A stretch of DNA of 64,000 nucleotides from Candidatus Levybacteria bacterium RIFCSPHIGHO2_02_FULL_40_18 (GCA_001782235.1 MFOC01000007.1:315909-379908); one strand, 5' to 3'. Counted from the stretch's first letter, positions 18,981-29,081 are shown. Numbers and translations: made by a program. Notes: a model not told the origin generated them from the letters alone.

Positions 18981-21938
18981 TTAGTTGGCGGAACACAACA
19001 TTTTATATTCGCAGTTTTTGCAGATAATGCTCCTTGAGCACTTAAAGTCGCTTGATTCGATTTGTTCAATTTTCTTAAGAATTAGTTCACGAATTTCATC
19101 TATTCTTTCTTGCGTCATATCTTCCGATTTCTTTTTTCCCTCCTCTAGATATAAAAGAGAAACTCTTATATCTTCCGGTTTTCTTTTTAAAATCTTCTCT
19201 TCAACTTCTGTTGCGGCTAGAGCATAGACTCCTAGCTGTAAAGTATAGTTAAACTGCGACATTCCAGCAGACTTTCCTGTTTTGTAGTCGACAATCTCGA
19301 TCTTTCCATTTGAAAGCTTATTTATCCTATCAATTTTCCCGACAATTTTAACTGGATTTTTATGTTCGCGTTTAAGAAAAAAAGCAAAAGGCAATTCAAG
19401 AGAAACCGGTAAATTTTTGGGGTCAAACATTTTTTTATAATAATCCTTGACTATCTTCTCGCCAAGCGCAAACATCTTCCTCTCATAAGACTTATCGGAA
19501 TATCCTTCCGAAATCCATTTTGCCTGCAGTAAATTCAAAAAATCTGATAACGTTTGTTTCTTTCCATGTCGAAGAGCCTCGTAAAAATAATAGAAAGCGT
19601 CATGGATCGAACTTCCAAAAGAAAGAGGAGCGGTTTGAGGTGTTGGTAAATTCAATAAATGTCTTGCCCTGAAATGCAAAGGACAAATGTCAAAACTTTG
19701 TAATTGAGAATAGGAGATTCGTTCGATAGCTATTTGGGCCAAAGGCTCATCAGCCTCTGGCTGAAGCTTTTGAGGAGATTCTTGATAATCCCTTATTGTT
19801 TCGACTAATGATAATTGTTTTTCTTTTTTTTCACTTTCAATTTTCCTTATTAGATCTGGGAGCGCTTCAAAAACGAAAGGAGAAATTTTCCTCTCTCTTT
19901 TTCCGTCCGCATAAAATCTTGAGGCAGTGAAAAACAATAAGTCGCGAGTTCTGGTCATGCCTACATAAAAAAGTCGCCTTTCTTCCTGAAGATGATGATC
20001 CCCGAGAGGCACTATCTCTTTAATTAGTTGTTCGTTCAAAGGAATTTTTTCTCTTCTTTCTCTTGTCGGAAAGCGATCAACAACAAGATTCACCATAAAA
20101 ACAACCGAAAACTCAAGGCCCTTACTTCCATGCACTGTTAAAATATTGACAGCGTTCACTTCCTTAAAATCTATGTCTGAGACAAGAGGACTATCGCCTA
20201 TCTCCATTTGAAGGTCAAGCCAATCAACTATAGAATATACGTTTGCTTCAGGGTTTAGAGTTTCAAAAGTTTTGATTCTGTCAAAAAACTTTGCAATATT
20301 ATTTGCTTCTTTTTCGTCTTTTTCAGTTTTTATGTCTAGAAACGAATTTAAAAGCCCTGAATCAAGTAAGAAATAATAAAGAATTTGTCCAGGCGAATCT
20401 TTCTTAACTCTTTCTAAATGTCTTAAAATCATTTTTACTATTTTTTGGGCCTTTGCTTTTGTCTGATTCGGCAAGTCTGTTTCGTTCGCATGCTCGAGTG
20501 TTTCAAATAAAGTCCAATTTTTCTTTCGATTCCACGCTAAGAATTGATTAATTTCGCGCGATGTAAAGCTAAATATATCCATGTTTAAAACACGATATAG
20601 CGAAACTGAATCGTCAAGATTATATAAAACTTTAAAATAAGCAATTAGATTTTTGATCTCCTCCCGCTGGAAAAGATACCCCAGGCCTAGGAATTGGTAG
20701 GGAATTTTATTTCTTTGTAAGGAGACCATTATGGGTTGGGCGTGATTGTTTGCGCGGACAAGAATTGCGATATCTGAATACTTGTAATTTGACCCCGATT
20801 TAATCGGGGTTGAATTTCTCATAATCGATTTAATTTTTTGGGCGATTTTTTCTGCTTCTTCATCAACTCTGTCTGTTAAAATAATTTCAATAGGTTTCCC
20901 CCGAATTTTTCTTTCGGATACTAATTTTTTGTTTATGTTCTCAACAACCTCCAAACGATTTGGATTATTATTTTGAATCATAGCATAAGCGCGATCTAGA
21001 ATTTCTTGAGTAGATCGATAATTTTTAATCAAGGTTATAATTTTTGCTTTTGGGAAGTTATTCCTGAATTGTATTACGTTTGATAAAGCCGCTCCTCGCC
21101 AGCGATAGATCGCCTGGTCATCATCCGCAACAACGGTAATATTTTGCTGTGCTCCGGAAAGGAGCATCGCTAGCTCATTCTGCGCATAGTTAGTATCCTG
21201 AAATTCATCAACCAGAATATACTTGAATTGATTTTGATATCGCTTAAGAATATTTTTTCTGATTCGAAGTAAAAACAGTGCTTGAGAAATTAAATCTGCA
21301 AAATCCAACATCCCTTCTTTTAATTTAAGCTGCGAATATTGTTTATAAGCATTTGCTAATTCGAGGGTTTTCTCGACCTCAAGAATCTCCTCATCTTCTT
21401 TTGACTTTTTCCGCCCGAGGCGGATCAGCCTTTGGCTAAGGCTTTGGGCGAAGCTAACATATTCATCGGGTGTTATGTCTTCATCCGCAAGCCTTGAGAA
21501 GTGTGTTAGTAATGCTTCTAAAAACTTGTTCGGACTTCCAAGCGGGCGAAAATATTCAAGATCAAGTTTAAATAGGTGTTTTTTGAGGAACAAGATACTT
21601 TCTGATTCTGTAATTAACTTAAAATTTGGGTTTAATCCTATTGAAATTCCTTCTTGGCGAAGTATATTGTCGCAGAAAGTGTGGAATGTTGAGATCCACA
21701 TTTGGGTGTATCCATAGGGCATTATCCGGTCAACCCTGTCCTCCATCTCCTTTGCAGCCTTATCAGTAAACGTTAAGGCAAGAATTTCGTCCGGTTTTGC
21801 CAATTTTTGCTTGATTAGATATTTGATTCGCTCGGTAATCACGGTGGTCTTGCCAGTTCCTGCTCCTGCAATAATTAAAAGAGGTCCGATTCTATGTTCA
21901 ATTGCCTTCTTCTGTTCGGAGTTTAGTTTGAGAGCCAT
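18981..21938 (-). CDS. UvrD/PcrA-family helicase with C-terminal PD-(D/E)XK nuclease and Cys cluster
   Basis: AGAGTGKT, LALTFT.KAA.EM, VDEFQDTN, DDDQAIY.WRGA, HGSKGLEF, EERRLFYV; C-terminal GKIDRI..IVDYKTG, C..C....C. Confidence 0.93.
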   Translation of the reverse strand: MALKLNSEQKKAIEHRIGPLLIIAGAGTGKTTVITERIKYLIKQKLAKPDEILALTFTDKAAKEMEDRVDRIMPYGYTQMWISTFHTFCDNILRQEGISIGLNPNFKLITESESILFLKKHLFKLDLEYFRPLGSPNKFLEALLTHFSRLADEDITPDEYVSFAQSLSQRLIRLGRKKSKEDEEILEVEKTLELANAYKQYSQLKLKEGMLDFADLISQALFLLRIRKNILKRYQNQFKYILVDEFQDTNYAQNELAMLLSGAQQNITVVADDDQAIYRWRGAALSNVIQFRNNFPKAKIITLIKNYRSTQEILDRAYAMIQNNNPNRLEVVENINKKLVSERKIRGKPIEIILTDRVDEEAEKIAQKIKSIMRNSTPIKSGSNYKYSDIAILVRANNHAQPIMVSLQRNKIPYQFLGLGYLFQREEIKNLIAYFKVLYNLDDSVSLYRVLNMDIFSFTSREINQFLAWNRKKNWTLFETLEHANETDLPNQTKAKAQKIVKMILRHLERVKKDSPGQILYYFLLDSGLLNSFLDIKTEKDEKEANNIAKFFDRIKTFETLNPEANVYSIVDWLDLQMEIGDSPLVSDIDFKEVNAVNILTVHGSKGLEFSVVFMVNLVVDRFPTRERREKIPLNEQLIKEIVPLGDHHLQEERRLFYVGMTRTRDLLFFTASRFYADGKRERKISPFVFEALPDLIRKIESEKKEKQLSLVETIRDYQESPQKLQPEADEPLAQIAIERISYSQLQSFDICPLHFRARHLLNLPTPQTAPLSFGSSIHDAFYYFYEALRHGKKQTLSDFLNLLQAKWISEGYSDKSYERKMFALGEKIVKDYYKKMFDPKNLPVSLELPFAFFLKREHKNPVKIVGKIDRINKLSNGKIEIVDYKTGKSAGMSQFNYTLQLGVYALAATEVEEKILKRKPEDIRVSLLYLEEGKKKSEDMTQERIDEIRELILKKIEQIESSDFKCSRSIICKNCEYKMLCSAN

Positions 21939-21956
21939 AAGGTGGGCTCTATTTTA

Positions 21957-22121
21957 TCACTTTTCGCCGAGTTGTTTTTTGAGGAGGGCTAGTGTGTTTC
22001 TTTTTGCCTCCTCCACTGTTTGCCCTTCGGCTTTTGCAGCTTCTTCAAACGTTTTTTCTGTTATATTTTCAGGATGCCCCATGTCGTCATCGGGCATCTC
22101 ACATCCGCAGTTATAACACAT
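21957..22121 (-). CDS. Small Cys-motif protein
   Basis: MCYNCGCEMPDDDMGHPENIT; ATG at 22121. Confidence 0.7.
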   Translation of the reverse strand: MCYNCGCEMPDDDMGHPENITEKTFEEAAKAEGQTVEEAKRNTLALLKKQLGEK

Positions 22122-22179
22122 AGTCTTTTTCCCCAATTGGGTCTTGCCAATTAGGGGTCCCGATTTCACTTAGGTCTAT

Positions 22180-22560
22180 CTATTCTACAATAATAGTGCC
22201 CGTTTGTGAAGGCTTGAGATGGTTATGGTAGCCGTATATTCCTGTTTGCTCGAATGTCACTTGAACTGAGGAGCTGGAAGGAAATTCCCCACGATTCAGA
22301 AATCTATATAAGTTGTGGGTGGGATGAGGATCTGAATTTACAGTAACAGTATCTCCGCTTTGATTAATCCAAATCACAGTCTCACCCCTTTTAATCGTTA
22401 GTGACTGCGGGGAGAATCCGTCTTTGTTCACTATAACTTCACTCCTTGAAATAGGTGGCGGTCCCGGCTCGGTTTTCTTAAGAGTTTTAGAAACAAAAAA
22501 AAGTAGAAGTCCAATTCCAATGATAACTATCAAAACAATTGGAACAATAGGTTTTCGCAT
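22180..22560 (-). CDS. Cupredoxin-like membrane-anchored protein
   Basis: GFSPQSLTIKRGETVIW.N, SDPHPTH, G.YGYHNH....TGTIIVE. Confidence 0.8.
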   Translation of the reverse strand: MRKPIVPIVLIVIIGIGLLLFFVSKTLKKTEPGPPPISRSEVIVNKDGFSPQSLTIKRGETVIWINQSGDTVTVNSDPHPTHNLYRFLNRGEFPSSSSVQVTFEQTGIYGYHNHLKPSQTGTIIVE

Positions 22561-22674
22561 GATATTGAACTGAGATCCTTCGCTTGCGCTCAGGATGATA
22601 GTGGGATATATCCCACTATCAATAAGTTAGCATAAAGTATTGTATAAAATCAAGAAATAATTTATATTATTTCC

Positions 22675-23373
22675 ATGTCAAATCCCCCGCAAAGTTTTAT
22701 TTCTCGCTTAATAAGAAAAGAACAGCTCACGCAAGATACATATTCTTTATACTTTGGAAGGCCGCAAGCTTTCGAATTTATTCCCGGACAATACATAAAG
22801 ATGATATTAAATATCGATAATCCTGACGAGCGCGGTACATCGCGTTTCTTTACAATCGCTGCCTCACCAACAGAGCGCGATCATTTAATGATTGTAACAA
22901 GAATTCTTCAAAGTTCTTTCAAGAAAACACTTGGGAATTTGTCCATTGGCGCAGAGATTCAGATGAGGGGTCCGCATGGAGCATTCGTACTTGATGAAAA
23001 GGATATAAGAAAGAGGGTGTACTTAGCTGGAGGGATTGGAATAACACCTGCAAGATCAATGCTTGTGTATTTGCGAGATAAAAACCTTCCTATTCCTTTC
23101 ACTTTAATGGCGTCTTTTAGCAATAAAGATGAGATTATTTTTCAAGATGAATTAACTTCACTTTCTAATGATGCTCGAAGAATAATATATGTAATAACTT
23201 CTGAGGAAGGGCGAATTGATGAGGAGAAAATTAAGAAAAATATTCCAGACATTTTAAATTCGCTTTTTAATATATCAGGGCCTCCCGGATTTGTCAGCGC
23301 AATGGAGCAATTAGTCAAAAGTATTGGGGTTGCGGAAGAAAATATCAAAACTGAAGACTTCCCCGGTTACTGA
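22675..23373 (+). CDS. FAD/NAD(P)-binding ferredoxin reductase-like oxidoreductase
   Basis: F.PGQY, RFFTIAA, GPHG.F, AGGIGITP.RSM, SGPPGFV, E.F.GY. Confidence 0.9.
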   Translation: MSNPPQSFISRLIRKEQLTQDTYSLYFGRPQAFEFIPGQYIKMILNIDNPDERGTSRFFTIAASPTERDHLMIVTRILQSSFKKTLGNLSIGAEIQMRGPHGAFVLDEKDIRKRVYLAGGIGITPARSMLVYLRDKNLPIPFTLMASFSNKDEIIFQDELTSLSNDARRIIYVITSEEGRIDEEKIKKNIPDILNSLFNISGPPGFVSAMEQLVKSIGVAEENIKTEDFPGY

Positions 23374-23426
23374 CAAAATGTCTAGGAAATTAAATATCTT
23401 GCCTTAGAGTGGTATAATATACCTCC

Positions 23427-24554
23427 ATGATTCTCTATCTTGCTTTGGGATTTTTGTTAGGCACTATTATTGCCGCCTCGGTAGTCTTCTTACTCCTTAA
23501 AAGTAAGAATTCCAAAATTTCAGAAGAAATCGAAGACAAAATAAAAAGTAGTTTACCGGATTTATTCAAACCGATAACCGAGCAAGTTATAATGCTGGCG
23601 GAAGAGAAACTAAAGGCACAAAAGGACGATATAAAAACGGATTTAAATAATAAAAAAGATGCCATAGAAAAAATGGTTAAGCAAATAGGTGAAGATATGG
23701 CAAAAAATAACAAGAGATTGGAAGACAGTGATAAAGACAGAATAGGCTCATTTAGCGTATTAACTCAAGAGTTGAAAAATCAAAAAATACTTACCGAACA
23801 ACTTAAAATTACTACCGAAGGCTTAAAGAACGTACTTTCAAACAATCAACTTCGAGGACAGTTTGGTGAGCAAATAGCTGAGGATTTACTGAAAATGAGT
23901 GGATTTGTAGGTGGTGTTGATTATGTTAAGAATCAGAATCAATCAACAAATACTCGTCCAGACTTTACTATTCTACTTCCTGATGGAGTAAAAATAAATG
24001 TTGACTCAAAATTTCCATATGCAAATCTTCAAAAGGTAGCTGAGTCGGAAGGCAAGGTTGCTAAAGCTCAGCATATGAAAGCATTCGAAACAGATGTCAA
24101 AAATAAAATAAGAGATATAACGTCTAAAGATTACATAAATCCAGAAGAAAACACAGTAGATTTTGTAATACTTTTTGTTCCTAATGAAATGATATTTTCA
24201 TACATTTACGATAAAATGAATAATATTTGGACAGAAGGCATGAGGCGAAAGGTTATTTTCGCTGGACCGTTTAGCTTCACAGCAATATTAAGGCTAGTTA
24301 GACAATCTTACAGTAATTTTAAGTATCAAAAGGAACTCCATAATATTATTATGAATATTAAAGTTTTCGAAAACGAATTCAAGAAATATAATGAAGAATT
24401 CGAAAAAATAGGAGATAGAATTACTTCTTTAACAAAACAATACGATGAAGTCAATAATACTAGAACTAAGCAACTAAATCGGTCAATTGATAAAATCAAC
24501 TTAGAGTCAGCAGTTGAAGAACTTGCTCCACTTGAAGAACAGATAAAGAATTAA
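23427..24554 (+). CDS. rmuC: DNA recombination protein RmuC
   Basis: N-terminal TM, coiled coil, RGQFGE, RPDFTILLP, VDSKFP, DFVILFVPNE. Confidence 0.9.
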   Translation: MILYLALGFLLGTIIAASVVFLLLKSKNSKISEEIEDKIKSSLPDLFKPITEQVIMLAEEKLKAQKDDIKTDLNNKKDAIEKMVKQIGEDMAKNNKRLEDSDKDRIGSFSVLTQELKNQKILTEQLKITTEGLKNVLSNNQLRGQFGEQIAEDLLKMSGFVGGVDYVKNQNQSTNTRPDFTILLPDGVKINVDSKFPYANLQKVAESEGKVAKAQHMKAFETDVKNKIRDITSKDYINPEENTVDFVILFVPNEMIFSYIYDKMNNIWTEGMRRKVIFAGPFSFTAILRLVRQSYSNFKYQKELHNIIMNIKVFENEFKKYNEEFEKIGDRITSLTKQYDEVNNTRTKQLNRSIDKINLESAVEELAPLEEQIKN

Positions 24555-24555
24555 T

Positions 24556-25086
24556 TTATTTATTTCTCTCGAGGGATTTGTAAAGGACTATTGCCAGACT
24601 GACTATTACATTGAGGCTGACATTTACGCCAAACAGGGGGAGTTCGACAATTTGATCTGAGATTTCAAGAGTCTCTTTTGAGACGCCGCGGGTCTCATTT
24701 CCAACTACTAGCGCGATAGGGAATTCGTAATCTGCCTCCGTATATGGAATACTTTTCGAAGATTGCTCAATCGCAATCACTTTTAGATTTAAGATGTAAG
24801 ATTTAAGATGTAAGATGGCGGATTTGGTGTCAACGACATGCTCCCAGTCGACCCATTCGGTTGTGTTAATCGAAGCCTTCTTGATTCGGGAATTTGGCGG
24901 GGTTTCAGTGTATCCGCAAAGCAAAAGTTTTTTTGCAGCAACTGCATCAGCCAATCGAAAAATTGCACCGACATTATATGTATCCAAGACGTTATCAAGA
25001 ACTATATAAATATCGTTTTTTTTGATTTTACCTTTTTCTTTTTCAGAGGATGAGCTCCGCCTCAATTTATATGCGTTTAACTTCAT
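24556..25086 (-). CDS. SpoU/TrmH-family RNA methyltransferase
   Basis: VLDNV...YNVGAIFRLADA, VVGNE.RGV, SLNV motifs. Confidence 0.9.
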   Translation of the reverse strand: MKLNAYKLRRSSSSEKEKGKIKKNDIYIVLDNVLDTYNVGAIFRLADAVAAKKLLLCGYTETPPNSRIKKASINTTEWVDWEHVVDTKSAILHLKSYILNLKVIAIEQSSKSIPYTEADYEFPIALVVGNETRGVSKETLEISDQIVELPLFGVNVSLNVIVSLAIVLYKSLERNK

Positions 25087-27152
25087 TGTTCACTTGGGGC
25101 AGGGGTAGATGGCACAGCTTGTTTCACAAGTTGGGCTTTAGTCCACACCGCAAAATCACACTTTGGATAGTTGCCGCATCCGTAAAATGTTCGGCCGCGG
25201 CGCGTCCTTTTCAGTACCATCTTACCTTGGTCGCGAGGGCATAAGTAACCCGATTCCTCAGCAAAAGATTCACGGAATTTGCAGTTCGGAAAATTAGAGC
25301 ATGCCTTAAACTTACCGAATCTACCGATTCTAATAACAACGTCACCGCCGTCGAGCGGACATTTTTCGCCTGTTTTTTCAAGCTCAATCTTAATTTTTTT
25401 CTCCTCTTGCGCATCTTTTAAGTGCTTCTCGAATGGTCCGTAAAATTCTTTTATAACCGGAACCCAGTCCGTTTTACCGTCTGCTACCTCATCAAGTTTG
25501 TCTTCCATAGACGCTGTAAAAGGAATATCATCTATTGTTGAGAAGTTTTTAACCAAAAAATCATTCACCAGAGTCCCTATCTCAGTTGGCTTAAAGCGAT
25601 TTTCTTCTTTTTCAACATAAAATCTTGCTTCTATTGTTGAAATAATCGGCGCATAAGTTGAGGGACGTCCGATTCCGTGTTCCTCAAGCGCACTAATCAA
25701 AGATGCTTCACTATATCTTGGAGGCGGATTGGTATTGTGAGAGGTGATATTAATTTTGCGAAGATCCAATTTTTCATCTTTTTGAAGTTCCGGTATCAAC
25801 TGCTCTTCATCCTCGTAAAACCAGATTTTAAGAAATCCATCGAATTTTATCACGCGACCATTTGCTACAAAATCATAAGCTTTGCTATCTTTCACCTGGG
25901 CCTCGACTCGGGTAGAAAGGAATACTGCATCTGCCATTTGAGTTGATAGAGCTCTTTTATATATAAGACTGTAAAGCTTTGCAAAATCTCTTCCGAGTTT
26001 TGCAGTGACCGTCTCTTCATCTTCGAATAAATTAGTGGGGCGTATTGCTTCGTGTGCTTCTTGAGCAAGCTTTGATTTCGTATGGTAAATTCGGGGTGTT
26101 TGAGGTAGGTATTTTCCCCCAAAATTTTTCTCAATATAATTTCTTGCAGCGGATATAAATTCATTCGAAAGATTGTAGGAATCGGTTCTGTGATAGCTTA
26201 TAAAGCCTTCTTCATATAATCTCTGTGCTAAGCCCATGGTTCGTTTACTTGTGTAACCGAAACGGCGAGAAGCCTCAATCTGAAGAAGCGATGTGGTAAA
26301 GGGAGGATAAGGCGCACGTTTTGTTTCTTTTTGAATTACGTCTGTAACAACAAAATCTTTATTTGCAAGATCGTTCTGGATTGATTCGGCATCCGTGTTC
26401 GACAATCGGGTTTCGGCATATTTGTATTCCCCATCATAAAGAGGTAGGGTAGTTGTTTTTTCAATCGGCTCATCGTTTATCTTAACCAACTCAAAAGTTA
26501 TCGGCTGGTTTTCTCCCCTCCAGGCCGGAGGCCCTCCAGGGCCGGAGGCCTGTTTATTAACGACGACAAAAACTCTATAAAATTCTGTGCTTTTGAATTT
26601 TTCAATTTCGCGCTCACGCTCAACAATTAATCGAAGCGCTATAGACTGAACGCGACCGGCTGACAATCCCTTTTTGATTTTCATCCAAAGAATTGGCGAA
26701 AGCTTGTATCCTACAACTCGATCTAAAACACGTCTTCCGGTTTGCGCGGCAACAAGATTCATGTCTATCTCCTTTGGATGTTCCAAGGCTTCGTTAATTG
26801 CGGTAGGCGTGATTTCATGGAAGACAATTCGATCGAACTTAGTTTTCTTATTTTCCTCCGATAAAACCGTTTTGAGATGATATGAGATTGCTTCTCCTTC
26901 GCGGTCCGGATCTGTTGCCAAAATTATTCGATCGACATCTTTTACTTCCTCAATTAAACCCTCAACAATTTTCCTCTTATCTTTTGGGATTACATACGAG
27001 GGTGTGAAGTCATGATCAATATCCACCCCCAAAGCCCCCTTTGGCAAATCTCGAATATGCCCCATCGATGCCTCTATTTTGTACTTTTCTCCAAGAAACC
27101 TCGATAATGTTTTCGCCTTAGTGGGAGACTCGACAAGTATTAAAGATTTCAT
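25083..27152 (-). CDS. topA: DNA topoisomerase I
   Basis: VESPTKA, GHIRDL, ATDPDREGEAI, SAGRVQS, ISYHRTDS, AHEAIRPT, GIGRPSTYA, C-terminal zinc ribbons. Confidence 0.98.
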   Translation of the reverse strand: MKSLILVESPTKAKTLSRFLGEKYKIEASMGHIRDLPKGALGVDIDHDFTPSYVIPKDKRKIVEGLIEEVKDVDRIILATDPDREGEAISYHLKTVLSEENKKTKFDRIVFHEITPTAINEALEHPKEIDMNLVAAQTGRRVLDRVVGYKLSPILWMKIKKGLSAGRVQSIALRLIVEREREIEKFKSTEFYRVFVVVNKQASGPGGPPAWRGENQPITFELVKINDEPIEKTTTLPLYDGEYKYAETRLSNTDAESIQNDLANKDFVVTDVIQKETKRAPYPPFTTSLLQIEASRRFGYTSKRTMGLAQRLYEEGFISYHRTDSYNLSNEFISAARNYIEKNFGGKYLPQTPRIYHTKSKLAQEAHEAIRPTNLFEDEETVTAKLGRDFAKLYSLIYKRALSTQMADAVFLSTRVEAQVKDSKAYDFVANGRVIKFDGFLKIWFYEDEEQLIPELQKDEKLDLRKINITSHNTNPPPRYSEASLISALEEHGIGRPSTYAPIISTIEARFYVEKEENRFKPTEIGTLVNDFLVKNFSTIDDIPFTASMEDKLDEVADGKTDWVPVIKEFYGPFEKHLKDAQEEKKIKIELEKTGEKCPLDGGDVVIRIGRFGKFKACSNFPNCKFRESFAEESGYLCPRDQGKMVLKRTRRGRTFYGCGNYPKCDFAVWTKAQLVKQAVPSTPAPSEQ

Positions 27153-27154
27153 AT

Positions 27155-27225
27155 TTTTCAGTTCTCTGTTCTCAGTTTTCGGTTTTCGGATCCCGGTTTA
27201 CCGGTCGTCAGTTTATCAGTTAAAT
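27155..27225. repeat. Degenerate 7-nt-period tract upstream of topA
   Basis: TCAGTTC TCTGTTC TCAGTTT TCGGTTT TCGGATC CCGGTTT ... TCAGTTT. Confidence 0.7.
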
Positions 27226-27282
27226 TAGTATAACAAAGAGAAGTCATGTATTGTAAAGGGCAGAAACCAGTTTTGCAAGGGG

Positions 27283-28377
27283 TCAGTCGAAGTAGAGGTC
27301 GGGAAGGGCGGTGATTTTGTGCCAGTCGACTGGTTTGTAATTTAGGAGGGCATAGGCGCCGATCATGGCGGCATTGTCTGTAGCGTAAGTTTTTGCAGGA
27401 GCGGAAATCTTAGCCGTTGGCAGTTGGCTTTTGGCTGTTAGCTCGAACTGTTGGCGGAGGGTTTGGTTTGCGGATACGCCGCCACCAAGAAGAATATTGT
27501 TAATTTTGTACAATTTTGCTGCTCGAATAGTTTTTTTGATCAACACAGCAAAAATTGCCTCTTGTAAAGCATGGCAAACCTCATTAATTAACCTTTCGGT
27601 TAAATGTTTTTTAACAATAAATCTTGATATTTCAGTCTTTAGTCCTGAAAACGAAAAATCAAAATCCTCGGTATTAATTAATGGACTATGAAATTTGGCT
27701 GTTGGTTGTTGGTTGTTAGCTCGGCGCTCGATTTCGGGACCGGCCGGATAAGATAGGCCAAGAATTCGGCCGACTTTGTCGAGTGCTTCTCCTGCCGCGT
27801 CGTCTCGAGTCCCGCCAAGCCATTTGAATTTAGATGCTGATTCGAACAACAACAAATCAGTATGGCCTCCGGAGACAATAAGGCCGATGAAGGGGAACAT
27901 TTTTCCAGTATTCAGTATTGAGTATTCAGTATTGAGTATAAAATTAGCAAAGAGGTGTGCGAGGAGATGATGAACGGGAATTATTGGCTTGTCGAATGCA
28001 AAAGATAGGGTTTTTGCTGTTTCGACTCCAACGAGAAGTGAACCTATTAAACCGGGGCCACTGGTGACGGCAATGGCGTCGATAGACTTTTTAAGTATTT
28101 CATTTGCTCGTTCGAACTGTTTCGAATTGTTCAATTGTTTGATTGCTTCATTGTTGATCCCTTCGGAATTAAGAAGTGCGCGGACAATAACCGGAATTAT
28201 TGCTTTGATTTGTTCGCGGGCTGCGAATTCCGGAATTATTCCGCCAGTTTTGGCATGGAGACTTGAAGAGGTGGCGGTAACATTTGATAAAACCCTTACG
28301 AATTGTTCGTTGTCTTTTTTTTCAACTACAGCCGCCCCCGTTTCATCACAGCTAGTCTCAAGACTTAGTATTATCAT
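27283..28377 (-). CDS. tsaD: tRNA N6-adenosine threonylcarbamoyltransferase TsaD
   Basis: LETSCDETG, GGIIPE.AAR, GPGL.GSL.VG, VSGGHT, DDAAGEA.DK, FSFSGLKT, GGVSAN, TDNAAMI. Confidence 0.96.
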   Translation of the reverse strand: MIILSLETSCDETGAAVVEKKDNEQFVRVLSNVTATSSSLHAKTGGIIPEFAAREQIKAIIPVIVRALLNSEGINNEAIKQLNNSKQFERANEILKKSIDAIAVTSGPGLIGSLLVGVETAKTLSFAFDKPIIPVHHLLAHLFANFILNTEYSILNTGKMFPFIGLIVSGGHTDLLLFESASKFKWLGGTRDDAAGEALDKVGRILGLSYPAGPEIERRANNQQPTAKFHSPLINTEDFDFSFSGLKTEISRFIVKKHLTERLINEVCHALQEAIFAVLIKKTIRAAKLYKINNILLGGGVSANQTLRQQFELTAKSQLPTAKISAPAKTYATDNAAMIGAYALLNYKPVDWHKITALPDLYFD

Positions 28378-28392
28378 AAATTGTTTCGCCTG

Positions 28393-28457
28393 CCCCGTAT
28401 AAGCGTCCTCGCGACGCGAGGACGAAGACCTCGGGAGTAAGTAAGCTTTGTGCGGGG
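28393..28457. repeat. Nested GC-rich palindromes upstream of tsaD
   Basis: CGTCCTCGCGACGCGAGGACG inside CCCCGTAT...GTGCGGGG. Confidence 0.65.
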
Positions 28458-28490
28458 TCACAAGAGGTCTCAATAGCCAAAACTCTCATT

Positions 28491-28608
28491 GAAATAAAGA
28501 AATTGGTTGTAAGAAATTGGAAAATGGTTATGGAAACTAGATATTGGAAATTGGTTTGTTTTAAAAAACTATTTTCTATTTTCCTATAACTATTTTCTAT
28601 CTTCTCTT
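28491..28608. repeat. 7-nt-period inverted-arm element (family A)
   Basis: AGAAATTGGTTGT..GAAAATGG..TAGATATT.GAAATTGGTTT left arm and TTTTCCTATAACTATTTTCTA right arm shared with 29591-29733. Confidence 0.8.
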
Positions 28609-28610
28609 TG

Positions 28611-29081
28611 CTATATTCCCTTGAAAGTAATCTTGATGCCTTTTTTAATTCCCAATTTCTTAACCTGTCCGGCGTTTAATTCCAAAACTCGATTTACGGG
28701 TACGTCAGGAATGTAAATAGTTAAATTTGGAGTCTGGGCGCCTGGCGAGGCATTTTCGACGATATAAACGACCATATCGTCATCAATAAATATAATATCT
28801 ATGGGAAACTTCATGTCTCTCATCCAAAAGCCGTATGTCCCCTTTTTTTCAAAAATAAATAACATTCCCTGGTCTTCCGGTAAATTATTCCTTCCCGAGA
28901 GCCCCTTCGTTCTATCTTTGTCAGATTTTGCAAGAATCAGGCTTATCTTTTTGTTATTGACTTGCGCCTCGGCGCCCCCTTTAAACGGAATTAAAGATGG
29001 CAGATTTCCTCCGGCTTTAAAAACTGCAAGGAGAATAACTGCAATTATAAGTGCCACATAAACTATAATTAATTTCTTCAT
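28611..29081 (-). CDS. DUF192 family protein
   Basis: GLSGR..L....GMLFIF....FWM.DMKFPIDIIFI, VLELNAG. Confidence 0.9.
   Translation of the reverse strand: MKKLIIVYVALIIAVILLAVFKAGGNLPSLIPFKGGAEAQVNNKKISLILAKSDKDRTKGLSGRNNLPEDQGMLFIFEKKGTYGFWMRDMKFPIDIIFIDDDMVVYIVENASPGAQTPNLTIYIPDVPVNRVLELNAGQVKKLGIKKGIKITFKGI

Noticed and set aside
28378-28473. N-terminal extension of TsaD (similarly for rny, recA, tsaE and ORFs 9689, 49977)
   Set aside because: The extensions translate repeats or overlap neighbouring genes; conserved motifs begin at downstream ATGs.
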